From Paraphysomonas bandaiensis (lineage: Eukaryota; Protista; Chrysophyceae), in NCBI GenBank assembly GCA_965644295.1, contig CBFFRP010000376.1, positions 1-64,000 on the forward strand: a DNA stretch of 64,000 bases, given 5' to 3'. The position numbers and the translations under genes were made by a program. Below are positions 22,559-33,112 of this stretch, piece after piece. How positions within the stretch are numbered: the stretch's first letter is position 1; each line of letters opens with the position of its first letter. The notes beneath the pieces are model-generated. The model had not been told where the DNA came from. It did no database searches and saw only the letters and a list, made by a program, of their open reading frames with translations.

Positions 22559-25500
22559 CTAAGTCATCCATCGTGGTCTCTTGGTTGAGTTCTCTGCCGG
22601 TGGGATAGATACTTTTGTTCTTTTATTACTAGCAGGTATGTTGATACCTCCCCCCCCCATTAGTGAATCCCGCAATCTGTGAAACGTGTTTGATGTGAGG
22701 GGTTTAGTTAGAATGTCGGCCAGCATCTCGTTTGTAGGCATGTAATCAACAATAATAGAGTGCGATGCGACTTGTTCTCTTATGAAGTGATATCTGATGG
22801 CAATATGTTTTGTTCGTCGGTGGTGTACGGGGTTTAGGCATAGTTGAATTGCACCTTTGTTGTCACACCATATGGTTGTTGAGTATGGCATGTGGAAGCC
22901 CAATTCCGAGAGTAGTGACCGTAGCCAAATAGCTTCTTGACATGCTGTTGATAGTGCCATGTACTCCGCTTCTGTAGAGGATAGAGCTACAGTGGTCTGG
23001 AGTCGTGATTGCCAGGAAATGAGACAATTTCCAATAAAGAAGCAAAACGCTGTGGTCGACCTGCGAGTTAAGTTACAGCGTGCCCAATCACTGTCAGCGA
23101 ATCCAGTTAAAGTAACAGACTTCCCGGAGTACTGTAGACCTTGATCGATAGTGCCTTTGAGGTACCTAAGTATGTTTAATGCGGCTTTGCATGTAGTTAG
23201 ATTTGGATTAGTACTGAAACGAGCAAGGGTGTTTACAGCATATGCAATATCAGGTCTAGTGCACACAGCAATATACATAAGTGAACCTATGAGCTCCTTG
23301 TAAGGAAAATTTTGGACAAATTCTTGATTTTCTTGAGATAGTTGTTTCTTTTCGAGAATGTCTATATGAAAATTTGTTGTCATGGGGTGACTACGTGGCT
23401 TGCAATCTTCCATGTTGAATCTGTGGAGTAGGTTCCGTATGTATTGAGATTGATTTAGTGTCGTAGTTCGATTCTGTATATCCTGTTTGACGAATATGCC
23501 GAGGTAGTAATCTAGGAGGCCGAGATCATGAATGTCGAATTTTTCAGCTAACGAATTCTTGATTTGGATGATGTCAGTCCTACTTTTACCGGCGATAATG
23601 ATGTCATCGACGTAAACTGCCAGAATTATGGGTCGACCATTGATTGATTTCGTGAATATGCACGGGTCGGACACTAATCTGGTAAAACCACAGTCTAACA
23701 GATAATTAGTACAACATTTATACCAATTTAACCCGGACTGTTTGAGTCCGTATATACTCTTTAGAAGTCTGAGGACTTTACCGTTTGGAACATTGAGACC
23801 AGCGGGTGGATACATGTAAATTTCCTCTTGGAGGTCTGCATTGATGTAAGCAGTAGAGAAATCTACCTGGTGAAGCTCCAACCCAAGTATAGTTGCTAGT
23901 GCTATGACTGTTCTCATTGATGTGGCCTTTGCGACTGGGCTGTAGGTTTCGTTGTAGTCTTTACCCTCGACCTGGGAGAAACCTTGAGCCACTAACCTCG
24001 CCTTGAAGGTAACCTCATCTCGCTTGACCTTTACCCTAAACACGAATTTTCCCCTTATAATGTTGGAATTTGCTGGTGGTGTCGTTATCCTCCAACAGCC
24101 TTTGCTCTCTAGAGACTTGATTTCTTTGTTGATGGCTTTCAGCCATTGTTCCTTGCACCTGCCTGATAGTGCCTCGCCAACATTGTTAGGTGTGTTAGGT
24201 ACATCATTGCTACATGTGTCATTTGCATGCATAATGATGTCAACATCATTCATGTATAATGTTCTGTAACTATCATGTTTATCAGGTGTTTTGTGGTTGT
24301 ACAAATATCTTTTATCAACATCACAGTGGTATATATTATCACCGAATTTGTGTACATTCATGATTACCCTTTTCCTGGTCTGCCTCTTGCTGTGGAGACT
24401 TTTCTTTACGCAACGGCTCACCTTGTGTCGGTGGGGTGTCCTTACACCCGTAATTGTGCCATCCGGGCTTTGCCGGCTCCTGTCACCCTGGGAATTCACA
24501 GTCTTGATAGCTCGTTTGACCTTACGAGCAGGGTGATCACGCTTGTTGTCACCCCGTGCCTCCTTCGGCACTGTATTCCGCTGAGCTTCTGCTGTGCGGC
24601 GAGGCCTTGCCTCCTTTTCATTTGAGTAGGGTCCTCTCAAATGGCTGTGACTCCCGCCCCGTGTGGCGTCATGACGGCTGTCGGTTGAACTGCTCCTCCC
24701 TGGAGCTGTTCCTTCCACGGGGCATCCTGGTTCCTCTTGCGGGGGTGATACCGCGTTCTGATAACTGAAGTGCTCGGCGGTGTATCTTTCGATGTCCGCA
24801 GCGTGTATTGGGTCATTTAACTCGATGACTCGCCCTTCATTTTCTCGTGGGGCCAATCCTCTGTAAGCAGCCACGTGGCCTTTGATGACTGTGATTCTTG
24901 TCGTGATGTATTGGAGGCCATCCTGTGGATCTGTGTGGGTCATTCCAACGAGGTATTGGAAGCTCTCGGTTGTTCGATTCTCTGAATTTTCTTCTCTCAG
25001 TGATGATTCGATTTCAGCGTAGTAGTTTTCCTTGACGTCGGGGATGCACTCATTGAAAAAGACGTGACTTGAGATTACGAAGTCCTTGAGTGAAGGTACA
25101 TATATGACGTACCCTGGTCCATCTTCTCGGTATCCCATGAAGTACCCAATATGGCTATGTGGAGACCAATCGTTTCTTCTCTGAGACTTGTCTATGAATG
25201 TATGGCATTTGCAGCCCCAAATCCTGGCGTAAGATAAATCGGGGGCCTCGTCGTGGATGAACTGATACGGTGATATGAATCCCTTTGCAGTGGCGCATGG
25301 CAGGCGATTTTTCATATGCGTGACGGTGGACATAGCCTGTTCCCAGAAGTTGGGTGGTAGGCCCGAGTTGCAAATGGATGCAAGCGTTCTTTCCTTGGTC
25401 GTGCGCCATGGTCGTTCTTGTATGGGGTTGTCTTCTGGCGTGTACGGAGCGTTGAAGGTCCAGGTTGATCCTAATTTTCTCAGCAAGTTCAGTACACGAT

Positions 25501-27496
25501 GTGATACTAGCTCACGGCCACCATCAGCATGATAGTGTATTAGCCGTTTGCCTTTCGAATGCAGATAATCCACAATTTTCTGAATGCACTCAATGACAAA
25601 ATCCTCGGTTCTGTGTTTTCCATAGAATGTCCAACTGTATCTTGAAGCTGCATCGGTAGCTCCAAAGACTACGGTGTTTCCTGTGACTATTGCTGGAGGT
25701 GAAAATGGTCCAGTAAAATCAACTGCTATAAGTCCTCCAAGCTCCTGCGATCTTCTGGTTTTTGTCGGTATCATTTGCCTTGTCTCGCGCCTATGTTTCC
25801 TCCTGTGAGCCTTGCCTTGTGCGCAGCCATCACAAAGACCTTCTGGTAGCTGTGGCGAGCTCAGGTCGGATTTTGAAATAGTGATTCCTTTCACAAGATT
25901 CAACTTTAGTGCTTTTTGAATTAAGCCAATGGATGCGTGGGTCAACCTTCGATGTGCCAGGGAGATCGAGGAACCGCTTGATGTAGATGCCAAGTTGCAC
26001 TGGTCTTGGATGTAACCTAAATCGGATAATTTGATCTCGTATAGACCGTTTTGTTTCCTGGCTGTGGTTAACAAAATTCCATCGTGGTATACGCGTGCCT
26101 CGTTTGGTCCGAATATAATATTGCAGTTGGCGTCTGTTGTCAACTGGCTGATGGAAATTAAAGTCTTTGACGCGTCTGGAACTAGCCTGCACTTGCTAAT
26201 CAGTCCAAGCTTGCCGTATCCCAATGCCTGCATTTCTGATCCTGATTTGGCGGTGTAAATTGTGGTTTGATCGTAAGTGAATTCGGAGAGTAAGCTTCGT
26301 GCTGCTGTAATTGATATTGTGCAGCCAGAGTCTAGAATGCCAAATTCCTGCTTCTCGTGTTCCGTATGTAGGACGTGGTTGTCTGTGATCATCCCAGAGA
26401 ATGCACTGTAGTCATTGTCATCGTTTGGCCCCTCATCGTCATAGTCTTCCAGTCTTAAGTTCGAATCCCGATGACTGTTTCTTGGGTATTTTGATGATGT
26501 GTTCTTGGAGTGATGCCCTTTCCCTCTTTTGTCGTCGTTTCGTTTGTTTGTGGACTTCTGCATCTGTTGTATGTGTTCCCACGAGTGCTTGCACTCTGCT
26601 GCAATGTGGTTGGATCCATTGCATCTGAAGCACTTAACTTCGCGCGAGGCTCTTGTGACTTTGCTGGGCTTGTTGAATTTCTTCTGTTTTCGCTGCCCGT
26701 TGTTGTGCTTCTGCTTCTTCGGTAGACGGGGGTTAAACGGCTGTTTGCCTGTTGAGCTGTAGTTTGCGCTGTCCCGTTTGGTTTCCGTATTTTGTGATAG
26801 TAGGGAGCCTACAGTGGAATGCTCGAATGCTCTCAATCTTCTTATCAGCGTTTTATAATCATCAATTGGGTTCATTTGGAGGTTGATTGCCAGGTCCTTA
26901 TAGGTCTGGTTCTCATTTGAGACCATCCCTTGTCGTATTCTTGAAATAAGGTCTTGTTCAGAGACTTTGTGGCCATGTGTAGCGAGCTTTAATCGCAATT
27001 TTTCGACTTCGTCCAGGAATTGATTGATTGTTTGAGCTTGCTTGATTTTGATTGATTGCAGTTGGCCAATGAGGTCGGTTATCGTATCATTTGAGGTCTT
27101 GTCTTTGAAATGCTTTTCGATCTCTGACCATGCCCTTTTTCCATCTCCTTCAGGGACTGTTTCGATAATACCCTCTGCTTCCTCGTTTTGGCCAATCACC
27201 GCGCTGGATAGAAGTGACCATAGGTAATTGTTGCCCTCCTCGAAATACTGCATATTTTCGTCGTAGGCGTTTTTCCTGTATAGGTAGTCCTCTTCTGTTT
27301 CTTCCTCTTGACGTATAGGCTCCTCTGGCGCATCGTTTCTTAGGATGTATACTATCTTAGGCTTACGAAAGAACCAGGCTCTACTTTTCTTCTGCCATTT
27401 TGAGAAGTTCTTGGCGTCGAAGGGTGGCATGGAATCCTTCCTCTTGTCCGATGAGTCGGAGTCGGAGTTATCGTAACTGTTAGTCTTAGAACTCAT
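22559..27496 (-). CDS. Copia Gag-Pol polyprotein (Gag CCHC, PR, IN, RT, RNase H)
   Basis: CFRCNGSNHIAAEC; ILDSGCT; HRRLTH/CDGCAQGK, VDFTG, HADGG; KARLVAQG, IYGLKQ, VYVDD; FADSDWA, HRRTKHI, MLADILTK. Confidence 0.97.
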   Translation of the reverse strand: MSSKTNSYDNSDSDSSDKRKDSMPPFDAKNFSKWQKKSRAWFFRKPKIVYILRNDAPEEPIRQEEETEEDYLYRKNAYDENMQYFEEGNNYLWSLLSSAVIGQNEEAEGIIETVPEGDGKRAWSEIEKHFKDKTSNDTITDLIGQLQSIKIKQAQTINQFLDEVEKLRLKLATHGHKVSEQDLISRIRQGMVSNENQTYKDLAINLQMNPIDDYKTLIRRLRAFEHSTVGSLLSQNTETKRDSANYSSTGKQPFNPRLPKKQKHNNGQRKQKKFNKPSKVTRASREVKCFRCNGSNHIAAECKHSWEHIQQMQKSTNKRNDDKRGKGHHSKNTSSKYPRNSHRDSNLRLEDYDDEGPNDDNDYSAFSGMITDNHVLHTEHEKQEFGILDSGCTISITAARSLLSEFTYDQTTIYTAKSGSEMQALGYGKLGLISKCRLVPDASKTLISISQLTTDANCNIIFGPNEARVYHDGILLTTARKQNGLYEIKLSDLGYIQDQCNLASTSSGSSISLAHRRLTHASIGLIQKALKLNLVKGITISKSDLSSPQLPEGLCDGCAQGKAHRRKHRRETRQMIPTKTRRSQELGGLIAVDFTGPFSPPAIVTGNTVVFGATDAASRYSWTFYGKHRTEDFVIECIQKIVDYLHSKGKRLIHYHADGGRELVSHRVLNLLRKLGSTWTFNAPYTPEDNPIQERPWRTTKERTLASICNSGLPPNFWEQAMSTVTHMKNRLPCATAKGFISPYQFIHDEAPDLSYARIWGCKCHTFIDKSQRRNDWSPHSHIGYFMGYREDGPGYVIYVPSLKDFVISSHVFFNECIPDVKENYYAEIESSLREENSENRTTESFQYLVGMTHTDPQDGLQYITTRITVIKGHVAAYRGLAPRENEGRVIELNDPIHAADIERYTAEHFSYQNAVSPPQEEPGCPVEGTAPGRSSSTDSRHDATRGGSHSHLRGPYSNEKEARPRRTAEAQRNTVPKEARGDNKRDHPARKVKRAIKTVNSQGDRSRQSPDGTITGVRTPHRHKVSRCVKKSLHSKRQTRKRVIMNVHKFGDNIYHCDVDKRYLYNHKTPDKHDSYRTLYMNDVDIIMHANDTCSNDVPNTPNNVGEALSGRCKEQWLKAINKEIKSLESKGCWRITTPPANSNIIRGKFVFRVKVKRDEVTFKARLVAQGFSQVEGKDYNETYSPVAKATSMRTVIALATILGLELHQVDFSTAYINADLQEEIYMYPPAGLNVPNGKVLRLLKSIYGLKQSGLNWYKCCTNYLLDCGFTRLVSDPCIFTKSINGRPIILAVYVDDIIIAGKSRTDIIQIKNSLAEKFDIHDLGLLDYYLGIFVKQDIQNRTTTLNQSQYIRNLLHRFNMEDCKPRSHPMTTNFHIDILEKKQLSQENQEFVQNFPYKELIGSLMYIAVCTRPDIAYAVNTLARFSTNPNLTTCKAALNILRYLKGTIDQGLQYSGKSVTLTGFADSDWARCNLTRRSTTAFCFFIGNCLISWQSRLQTTVALSSTEAEYMALSTACQEAIWLRSLLSELGFHMPYSTTIWCDNKGAIQLCLNPVHHRRTKHIAIRYHFIREQVASHSIIVDYMPTNEMLADILTKPLTSNTFHRLRDSLMGGGGINIPASNKRTKVSIPPAENSTKRPRWMT

Positions 27497-27505
27497 CCGC
27501 TGCCA

Positions 27506-27763
27506 AAATAAGATTTAAGGTTAGTCTTAATATTTAGTAAGAATATACTTGATATTATTAGAGATAAAGATTGAACGATAAGGCCTAATAGTATAATAGC
27601 AAGACACGTTTGAGCAGAGCGTTAGCACCACACACATGTGCGTATCTTGTACAGTCGCGTATCATGTATAGTTTGGTAATTATTCAGTCTATTTGGTATT
27701 TCATTGTATATGTGTGTTGTATTCACGCGTTAAGAGATATACGTGATTCAATGACTCCTAATA
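27506..27763 (-). repeat. Copia-1 5' LTR
   Basis: Direct repeat of 22136..22393, followed on the minus strand by TGGCAGCGG and the ATG. Confidence 0.93.
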
Positions 27764-28334
27764 TAGTGCCCATTCTGTGTAACTCCAGTGTGGTGCATTA
27801 CTACAATATTTTGAGCACCTACAGAATAGAATTTCATTTAAAATTGGTTGCCTACTACGAAGGTACTCCCAGTAGTGATAGTTAGTATATACGTATACTA
27901 TTCGATTAGGGTTAGCTCTTAAATGTGTGCAAACATGTAAACGCAATGCATAAATGATATCTAACATGCATAAGAGTTGTAACCTGCGGTCAGAGTTGAA
28001 GCCTACGTCACTATTATTGCAAAGGGAATATATAGAAGAGTACTACATTAAAAGGACACGTTGGTTACTCTTTATAGGAGTTGTGGCTAGATGGCTTTTC
28101 TTATGCCTCGCTTATTATTCGCTATTTTTCGTGTGACCAAGGTGAGAGGCACCACAATTTTTTAGTTATTCAGGTATGCAGTTGCATCAAACAGACTAGA
28201 TTAGCATAAGGCAATGCACGTGGCATGCAAAATTTGTTCTTCGTGTACGAAACCACATCTACATTACCTTATGATTCGCTGTAAATAAAACAACATTGAT
28301 TGCAGTTGAATACTATACATATACACCCACAGCA

Positions 28335-28859
28335 CTAGTAAGCCATTCCAAATATAGAAACCATACACACAACTCTAGCATTTGGATCTTTTCTTTTCTC
28401 TGTAGGCCACTTCACCATCACAGTGTTGTCGTTGCTTATGTCCCAGTGACAAGAATGACCAGAATGCAGTCCCGCGCCATTCTTCTGCATTACTGTGCAC
28501 GATACTGTGCAATTGTAACGCAATGATGTTGAACATAGAGAGCATACTTACCTACATACTTAAAAGGTTTATTTGTTTCTACGAGCTCTTTCGTTACTTT
28601 TCCACAAATTTCATCTACCCACCCTTGTACAAGTTTGTCGTTAAAGTTCTTATCCTTTAGTACAGATTCTATTGCCTTAAAAAAAACACCATTAACAACA
28701 ATTCAAATCAATGTCATAAACAAGGTTAAAAATCATACCTCAAAGACCACAGGCTCAATTTGTTCAGGAATGAACATCAGCTGATAGCACCGCAAGTGTG
28801 AGAGTAATGAAACACTGAGTAGGCATACTTACAGCATCTGACGTTTGTAGATCGTCCAT
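28335..28859 (-). CDS. DYNLT1: Dynein light chain Tctex-1 type, 4 exons
   Basis: Exons 28859-28833, 28780-28739, 28675-28552 and 28504-28335 splice in frame to MDDLQTSDALMFIPEQIEPVVFEAIESVLKDKNFNDKLVQGWVDEICGKVTKELVETNKPFKYVVSCTVMQKNGAGLHSGHSCHWDISND...; KPFKY and QKNGAGLH are Tctex-1 hallmarks. Confidence 0.93.
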
Positions 28860-29396
28860 CGTGCCAACTAAATAAGATCGAAGTTCCTGAGTGCTCAATA
28901 GCAATAGGAATAGACCTGAGGAAAACAGAGAGCAGGCAATGTGTATTGCTTAATAGGTGATCTACAGTGTGCAGGTATCCATTTCTCACAGCATCACATC
29001 ACACTCTCATCGAGTGCTTCCAGTGCAAAAACACGCAAATAAAATCCCCCAACCGTTTTACGTGCTTACAACACCTCCGAATACAGTGAAATACAGAGTA
29101 TACAGTGCCTGGAATACGATATGGCGGCTGGGATTTTGAATTTATGGATTTCATTTTTGAAAAAATGGAGTGAGAATTTTTGTGCTGACTCCACTGCTGC
29201 TGTACATACAGTACCATACCACACTGCCGTACATGGCATAGATGTTGATGAGGATAGAATGGGAGTGCTGTTCGGCCACTGTGATATTTACGTATGAGTG
29301 TGCATGGCTGATATACCAACTCATCGCAGTTAATTTCATACGCTAAGAGATTACGTAAGTCCCGCTGCAGTCATCTTATAACTACCAGTCGCGTCA

Positions 29397-30875
29397 ATGG
29401 AGTCCGACAGAAACTTGGACTCAGTTCGTATTAGTATAGACAGCATTAAGGAGATAAGAACATCATCTGACCGTGGAGGAGAAGACACGACCCCTATCAT
29501 TCGACCATGGTATAATATCAGATCCCGACAGTCCAATGATAAGTCTGATGATGAAGATGAGGACGAGGAAGACCGGGACGTAATTCAGTCGTCACCAGGA
29601 TCTGTGGGATCGACTGATGAGCATGACGAAGCGTATGGTCCAACCACTCCATCGCGTCTTCTTACAATCAGTTCAATGGATTTCGAAGATACTTTAGTTT
29701 CCCCCAGTAAAAATATGATGAAAAGTAATGCCAGAGTTCAGACTGTAGATGATGATGCAAATGATGGACTGACATTTGATGCTGATGTTTGCAATGAGTT
29801 TGAGTCTATGGAGCGTGATGTACGACAGCATGATGATATTATTACAGACTACATGAACAAATTAAACATGTCTGCACAAGCCCATCTCTCAAGCATCATT
29901 CAACGACTGTTACAGGAGAAAGATACTGCACTGCGGTCTCGAGACGAGTTCTTTACGAAGCAAATGCAAAAACAACAGGCAGTTATTGACGATTTAAATA
30001 CTGTTCTTGCTCGTACAGAGTCCCAGGTGGATATTGAACGTTTACGGTGTAACCGGTTTACACAAAAGCTTTCGGTACAGTTTACGAAGACGCAAGAGCG
30101 ATATGTTTCTATACACAGCATGAGTCGGGCATTTTCAGCTTGGCGTCAGTCAGTCCGTGAGGAAATAATAGAGAGACGGCGCGAGCGCATGGCTGACAAA
30201 GCACGGGTGCGCCACCTACTGCGGATTTCGTTCTCATGTCTATCCCGGGAAAGTGCTGAACGTCGGATGAACCGGCGATACAATGAGGCCAAGGTTCACT
30301 TCGACATCACTCTAAAGGAGCTGGTGGTGAAGTACGAAGGAGATCTTGAAAGGCTAAAAGCAGAACTAAGGGAAGCGCATACAGTTATTCAACAGGAGAG
30401 ATTGCGCCGACAACAGCTAGAAGAAGACCTCCGTCGAATGTTCTTGAAGAATATGACGGCGATGAATATGGAGGCTTTGTCCCTCTTTCAGAATCCATCT
30501 GATCAGCAGCTGGCATCTTTTGGGCCTGCTGCACAGCGTGCCTGGGAAGTGGAAGAGCTGGCCAGACAGACACGTGAACAAGAGGCATTGAGGACTGAAA
30601 TGAGAAATCAGCAACAAAATCTTAAGACCCACCACAAGGAGTTTGTTGATGACTGGCAGCACCGGCAGCACAATAGTGCTGAGAATCAGAAAGCCTCTAG
30701 CAGAGGCAGAATTGGCTTAGGTACGGCACATAATGTTAGACAGAAGCCTACAACAATGACGAGTACATCCACTGGTAAAAACGGGAAACCCAGACGCGAT
30801 TCTCCATTGCTAGAGAACGATGATGAGTGTCCGAAGCCACGGCACCCTCTGTCATCAAAAGAACTGTATCGCTAG
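29397..30875 (+). CDS. POC5: Centriolar protein POC5-like
   Basis: Coiled coil with RAFSAWR (Sfi1-like centrin-binding repeat) and LEEDLRRMFLKNMTAMNMEALSLF, which resembles the conserved POC5 motif. Confidence 0.78.
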   Translation: MESDRNLDSVRISIDSIKEIRTSSDRGGEDTTPIIRPWYNIRSRQSNDKSDDEDEDEEDRDVIQSSPGSVGSTDEHDEAYGPTTPSRLLTISSMDFEDTLVSPSKNMMKSNARVQTVDDDANDGLTFDADVCNEFESMERDVRQHDDIITDYMNKLNMSAQAHLSSIIQRLLQEKDTALRSRDEFFTKQMQKQQAVIDDLNTVLARTESQVDIERLRCNRFTQKLSVQFTKTQERYVSIHSMSRAFSAWRQSVREEIIERRRERMADKARVRHLLRISFSCLSRESAERRMNRRYNEAKVHFDITLKELVVKYEGDLERLKAELREAHTVIQQERLRRQQLEEDLRRMFLKNMTAMNMEALSLFQNPSDQQLASFGPAAQRAWEVEELARQTREQEALRTEMRNQQQNLKTHHKEFVDDWQHRQHNSAENQKASSRGRIGLGTAHNVRQKPTTMTSTSTGKNGKPRRDSPLLENDDECPKPRHPLSSKELYR

Positions 30876-31250
30876 TGTGGTAGTTGTGTTTTTAGTCGTT
30901 TGTTGTCGTGCGAGGTAGAGTCGCATCGTATGTTATAGCACTATTTGAGTAACTAATTATTACAGGTATATAACTGTTGCACACTATAATAAGAAGTGAT
31001 TGCAAGCTATAATAAAATGCTTGTGAATATATGTAGTATCACTGCCTGCGCACATCCTAAGTTCATTCGAAGTTACATTGCTATATTCTTCAAAGTTACG
31101 TACTTTCTTTATATAGCTTATACGCTAATATAAATAAGAATTGTGTCAGCTATCTCACGAAGGGAGCCAAAACTTCTTACGACTATTTATTTCAATCGAA
31201 TAAGTTGCGCTTGTAAGATAATTAATATTGAATGAATGTGGTGATAGTAA

Positions 31251-31281
31251 CTATTCGATTAGGGTTAGGGTTAGGGTCATG
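31251..31281 (+). repeat. Interstitial telomere-like repeat (TTAGGG)3 with recurrent flanks
   Basis: CTATTCGATTAGGGTTAGGGTTAGGGTCATG. Related motifs occur at 8742 (reverse), 17762, 27898, 39911 and 49595 (reverse). Confidence 0.75.
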
Positions 31282-31464
31282 ATTACATATAATTAGAACA
31301 AAATTTGAAACACGCAAATAACAACAGACTAAAAGCATAATATATTACTACTATGATACGCCAGAGGGCTAGAGATCAAGAAGGTAAAGTTTAATTCATT
31401 GATACTGTTCAAAACATACCACATCTCAAATTATTGATATTGGGATCTATTATTCAATCAATAT

Positions 31465-32075
31465 GTCGGTGTGATCGTGAAACCTGGTAGAAAGTGATTT
31501 CACCAAGGTTTCATATATATTGAAAAGTTTCATATAAGTACTTCATTGAAGTCTATGGTAATATGTTAATTATAATTTAGTTGTTGTATAATATTATTAA
31601 TTACATATATATTATATTTAAAACATTTTACTAAAAATTTGTTATATTTTATATTTTGTTACTTTTCATATAAATCTACTGTAATATTATTATAATACTT
31701 ATAATAGATGGGTAGATATAGATGCATTGATTCTGCATCTATTATTACTAGCGAATGTGCCAGAAGTTCTGTTGATTATCGATTGTAAGTATTTTTAATT
31801 AGCCAACAGAACTTTGCAGATTTTTATTTTATACAGAGATACATACAGTAGCACTATAGTACGCATATATATATATCATGTATAGTGTAACCGTTAAATT
31901 CTCACTTTTTTGGCCTGTAACTAATATAAAACTTATTAAATGTCTTTAAAAAACATGTTCTCTTTACACCTACTGCAGTATTTATTGCAAGAAGCATCAA
32001 AAACTCAACATAAATTGACATTTTCAAATTTCACCAGGTTTCGACCGCATCACCAGGTTTGGTCATCACATCGAC
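31465..32075. mobile_element. Probable degenerate MITE (AT-rich, imperfect 24-bp TIRs)
   Basis: GTCGGTGTGATCGTGAAACCTGGT at the left versus ACCAGGTTTGGTCATCACATCGAC at the right. No clear TSD. Confidence 0.5.
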
Positions 32076-33112
32076 TAGTAGTCAAAATGGTTGAATATTA
32101 CCTAGTCACACCAAAATTGGTGTAAAAACCTAGTCAAGTAGTTGAAAACCCTAGTCACATTATATAATTCTTATTTTCAGTTTACAATGACTAGGTTGAT
32201 CAGATGACCATGTGTTTTAGGGTAGTCACCTACTAGAGTTAAAAATAAACATTTTCACTCAAACATATGGGAGCATACTCTAGCCATCAACTAATGAAAA
32301 TGCAATAACTGCAGCCATACATCACATTTCATCTTCGCAATCAAACGAGAATTTGGCAGTTTTTCGTGATCAATTCCGGTGAAGTTCGACAGCCTCCTTC
32401 TTTTCATGGGCATCGAACCCAACAATCATAGGGTGGGGAAGAATGTTTTTTTGTACACTTTTGTTAAATTTTGTATAGATGATGAGTGTAAATGTTAATT
32501 ATAAAGGAGAGACGTATATAGTTGTAGCCTGTTGATGTTTATCGCCAGTAGCTATCCTATATCCTGTATAATATTAATGTAGAATATACGAAACTACTAC
32601 AACATGAATAGGAATCAAATATGCAAATACACTGAAAATAAGGTAACTGTTAAAGATATGACTTCTAGAGAAAAAATTGGTGTAGGTGTTTGATTTATTG
32701 CTACAATTACATTGCTACAGCACAACAACATTACTTTCTCTCCTAATATATAATTCAGCAATACAGAGTGTCTTACAACGCCCAAGTTAAGTCACCTATT
32801 AATAGTGAAATAGGGACTACTCCCCCTCCCCCCGTTTTTGTCAACAACTTGTATTGGTATTATTTGATATAGCAATATGATGTTGATATGGATTTGTATA
32901 TTTGTTATTTGTATAGTCGAGGACTGTTTGGCTGTTAAGGTTGAGAGGGATATATATAGCTTGAATGAGTAACAATTCGGCATATATCATAAGTAGATAC
33001 TATACGAAACTATATACGCACTAGTAATCACTAAACACGAAACCTATTTCGAATCATATTATACAATTATTATATTCTATATGTGTCCTCTATATTGTAA
33101 CAACTAATTCGA

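Larger units (their letters stand above)
22136..27763 (-). mobile_element. Intact Ty1/Copia LTR retrotransposon with 5-bp TSD TAGTG
   Basis: 258-bp LTRs at 22136..22393 and 27506..27763 (one mismatch seen). TAGTG at 22131..22135 and 27764..27768. PPT TTGAGGGGGAG, PBS-like TGGCAGCGG, and a single 1645-aa ORF. Confidence 0.97.

Noticed and set aside
32405-32425. tRNA gene suggested by a B-box-like GGGTTCGATGCCC on the minus strand
   Set aside because: No cloverleaf or A-box could be built around it.
32815-32845. PPT-like tract resembling the Gypsy PPT
   Set aside because: No adjacent LTR or pol remnant was found.
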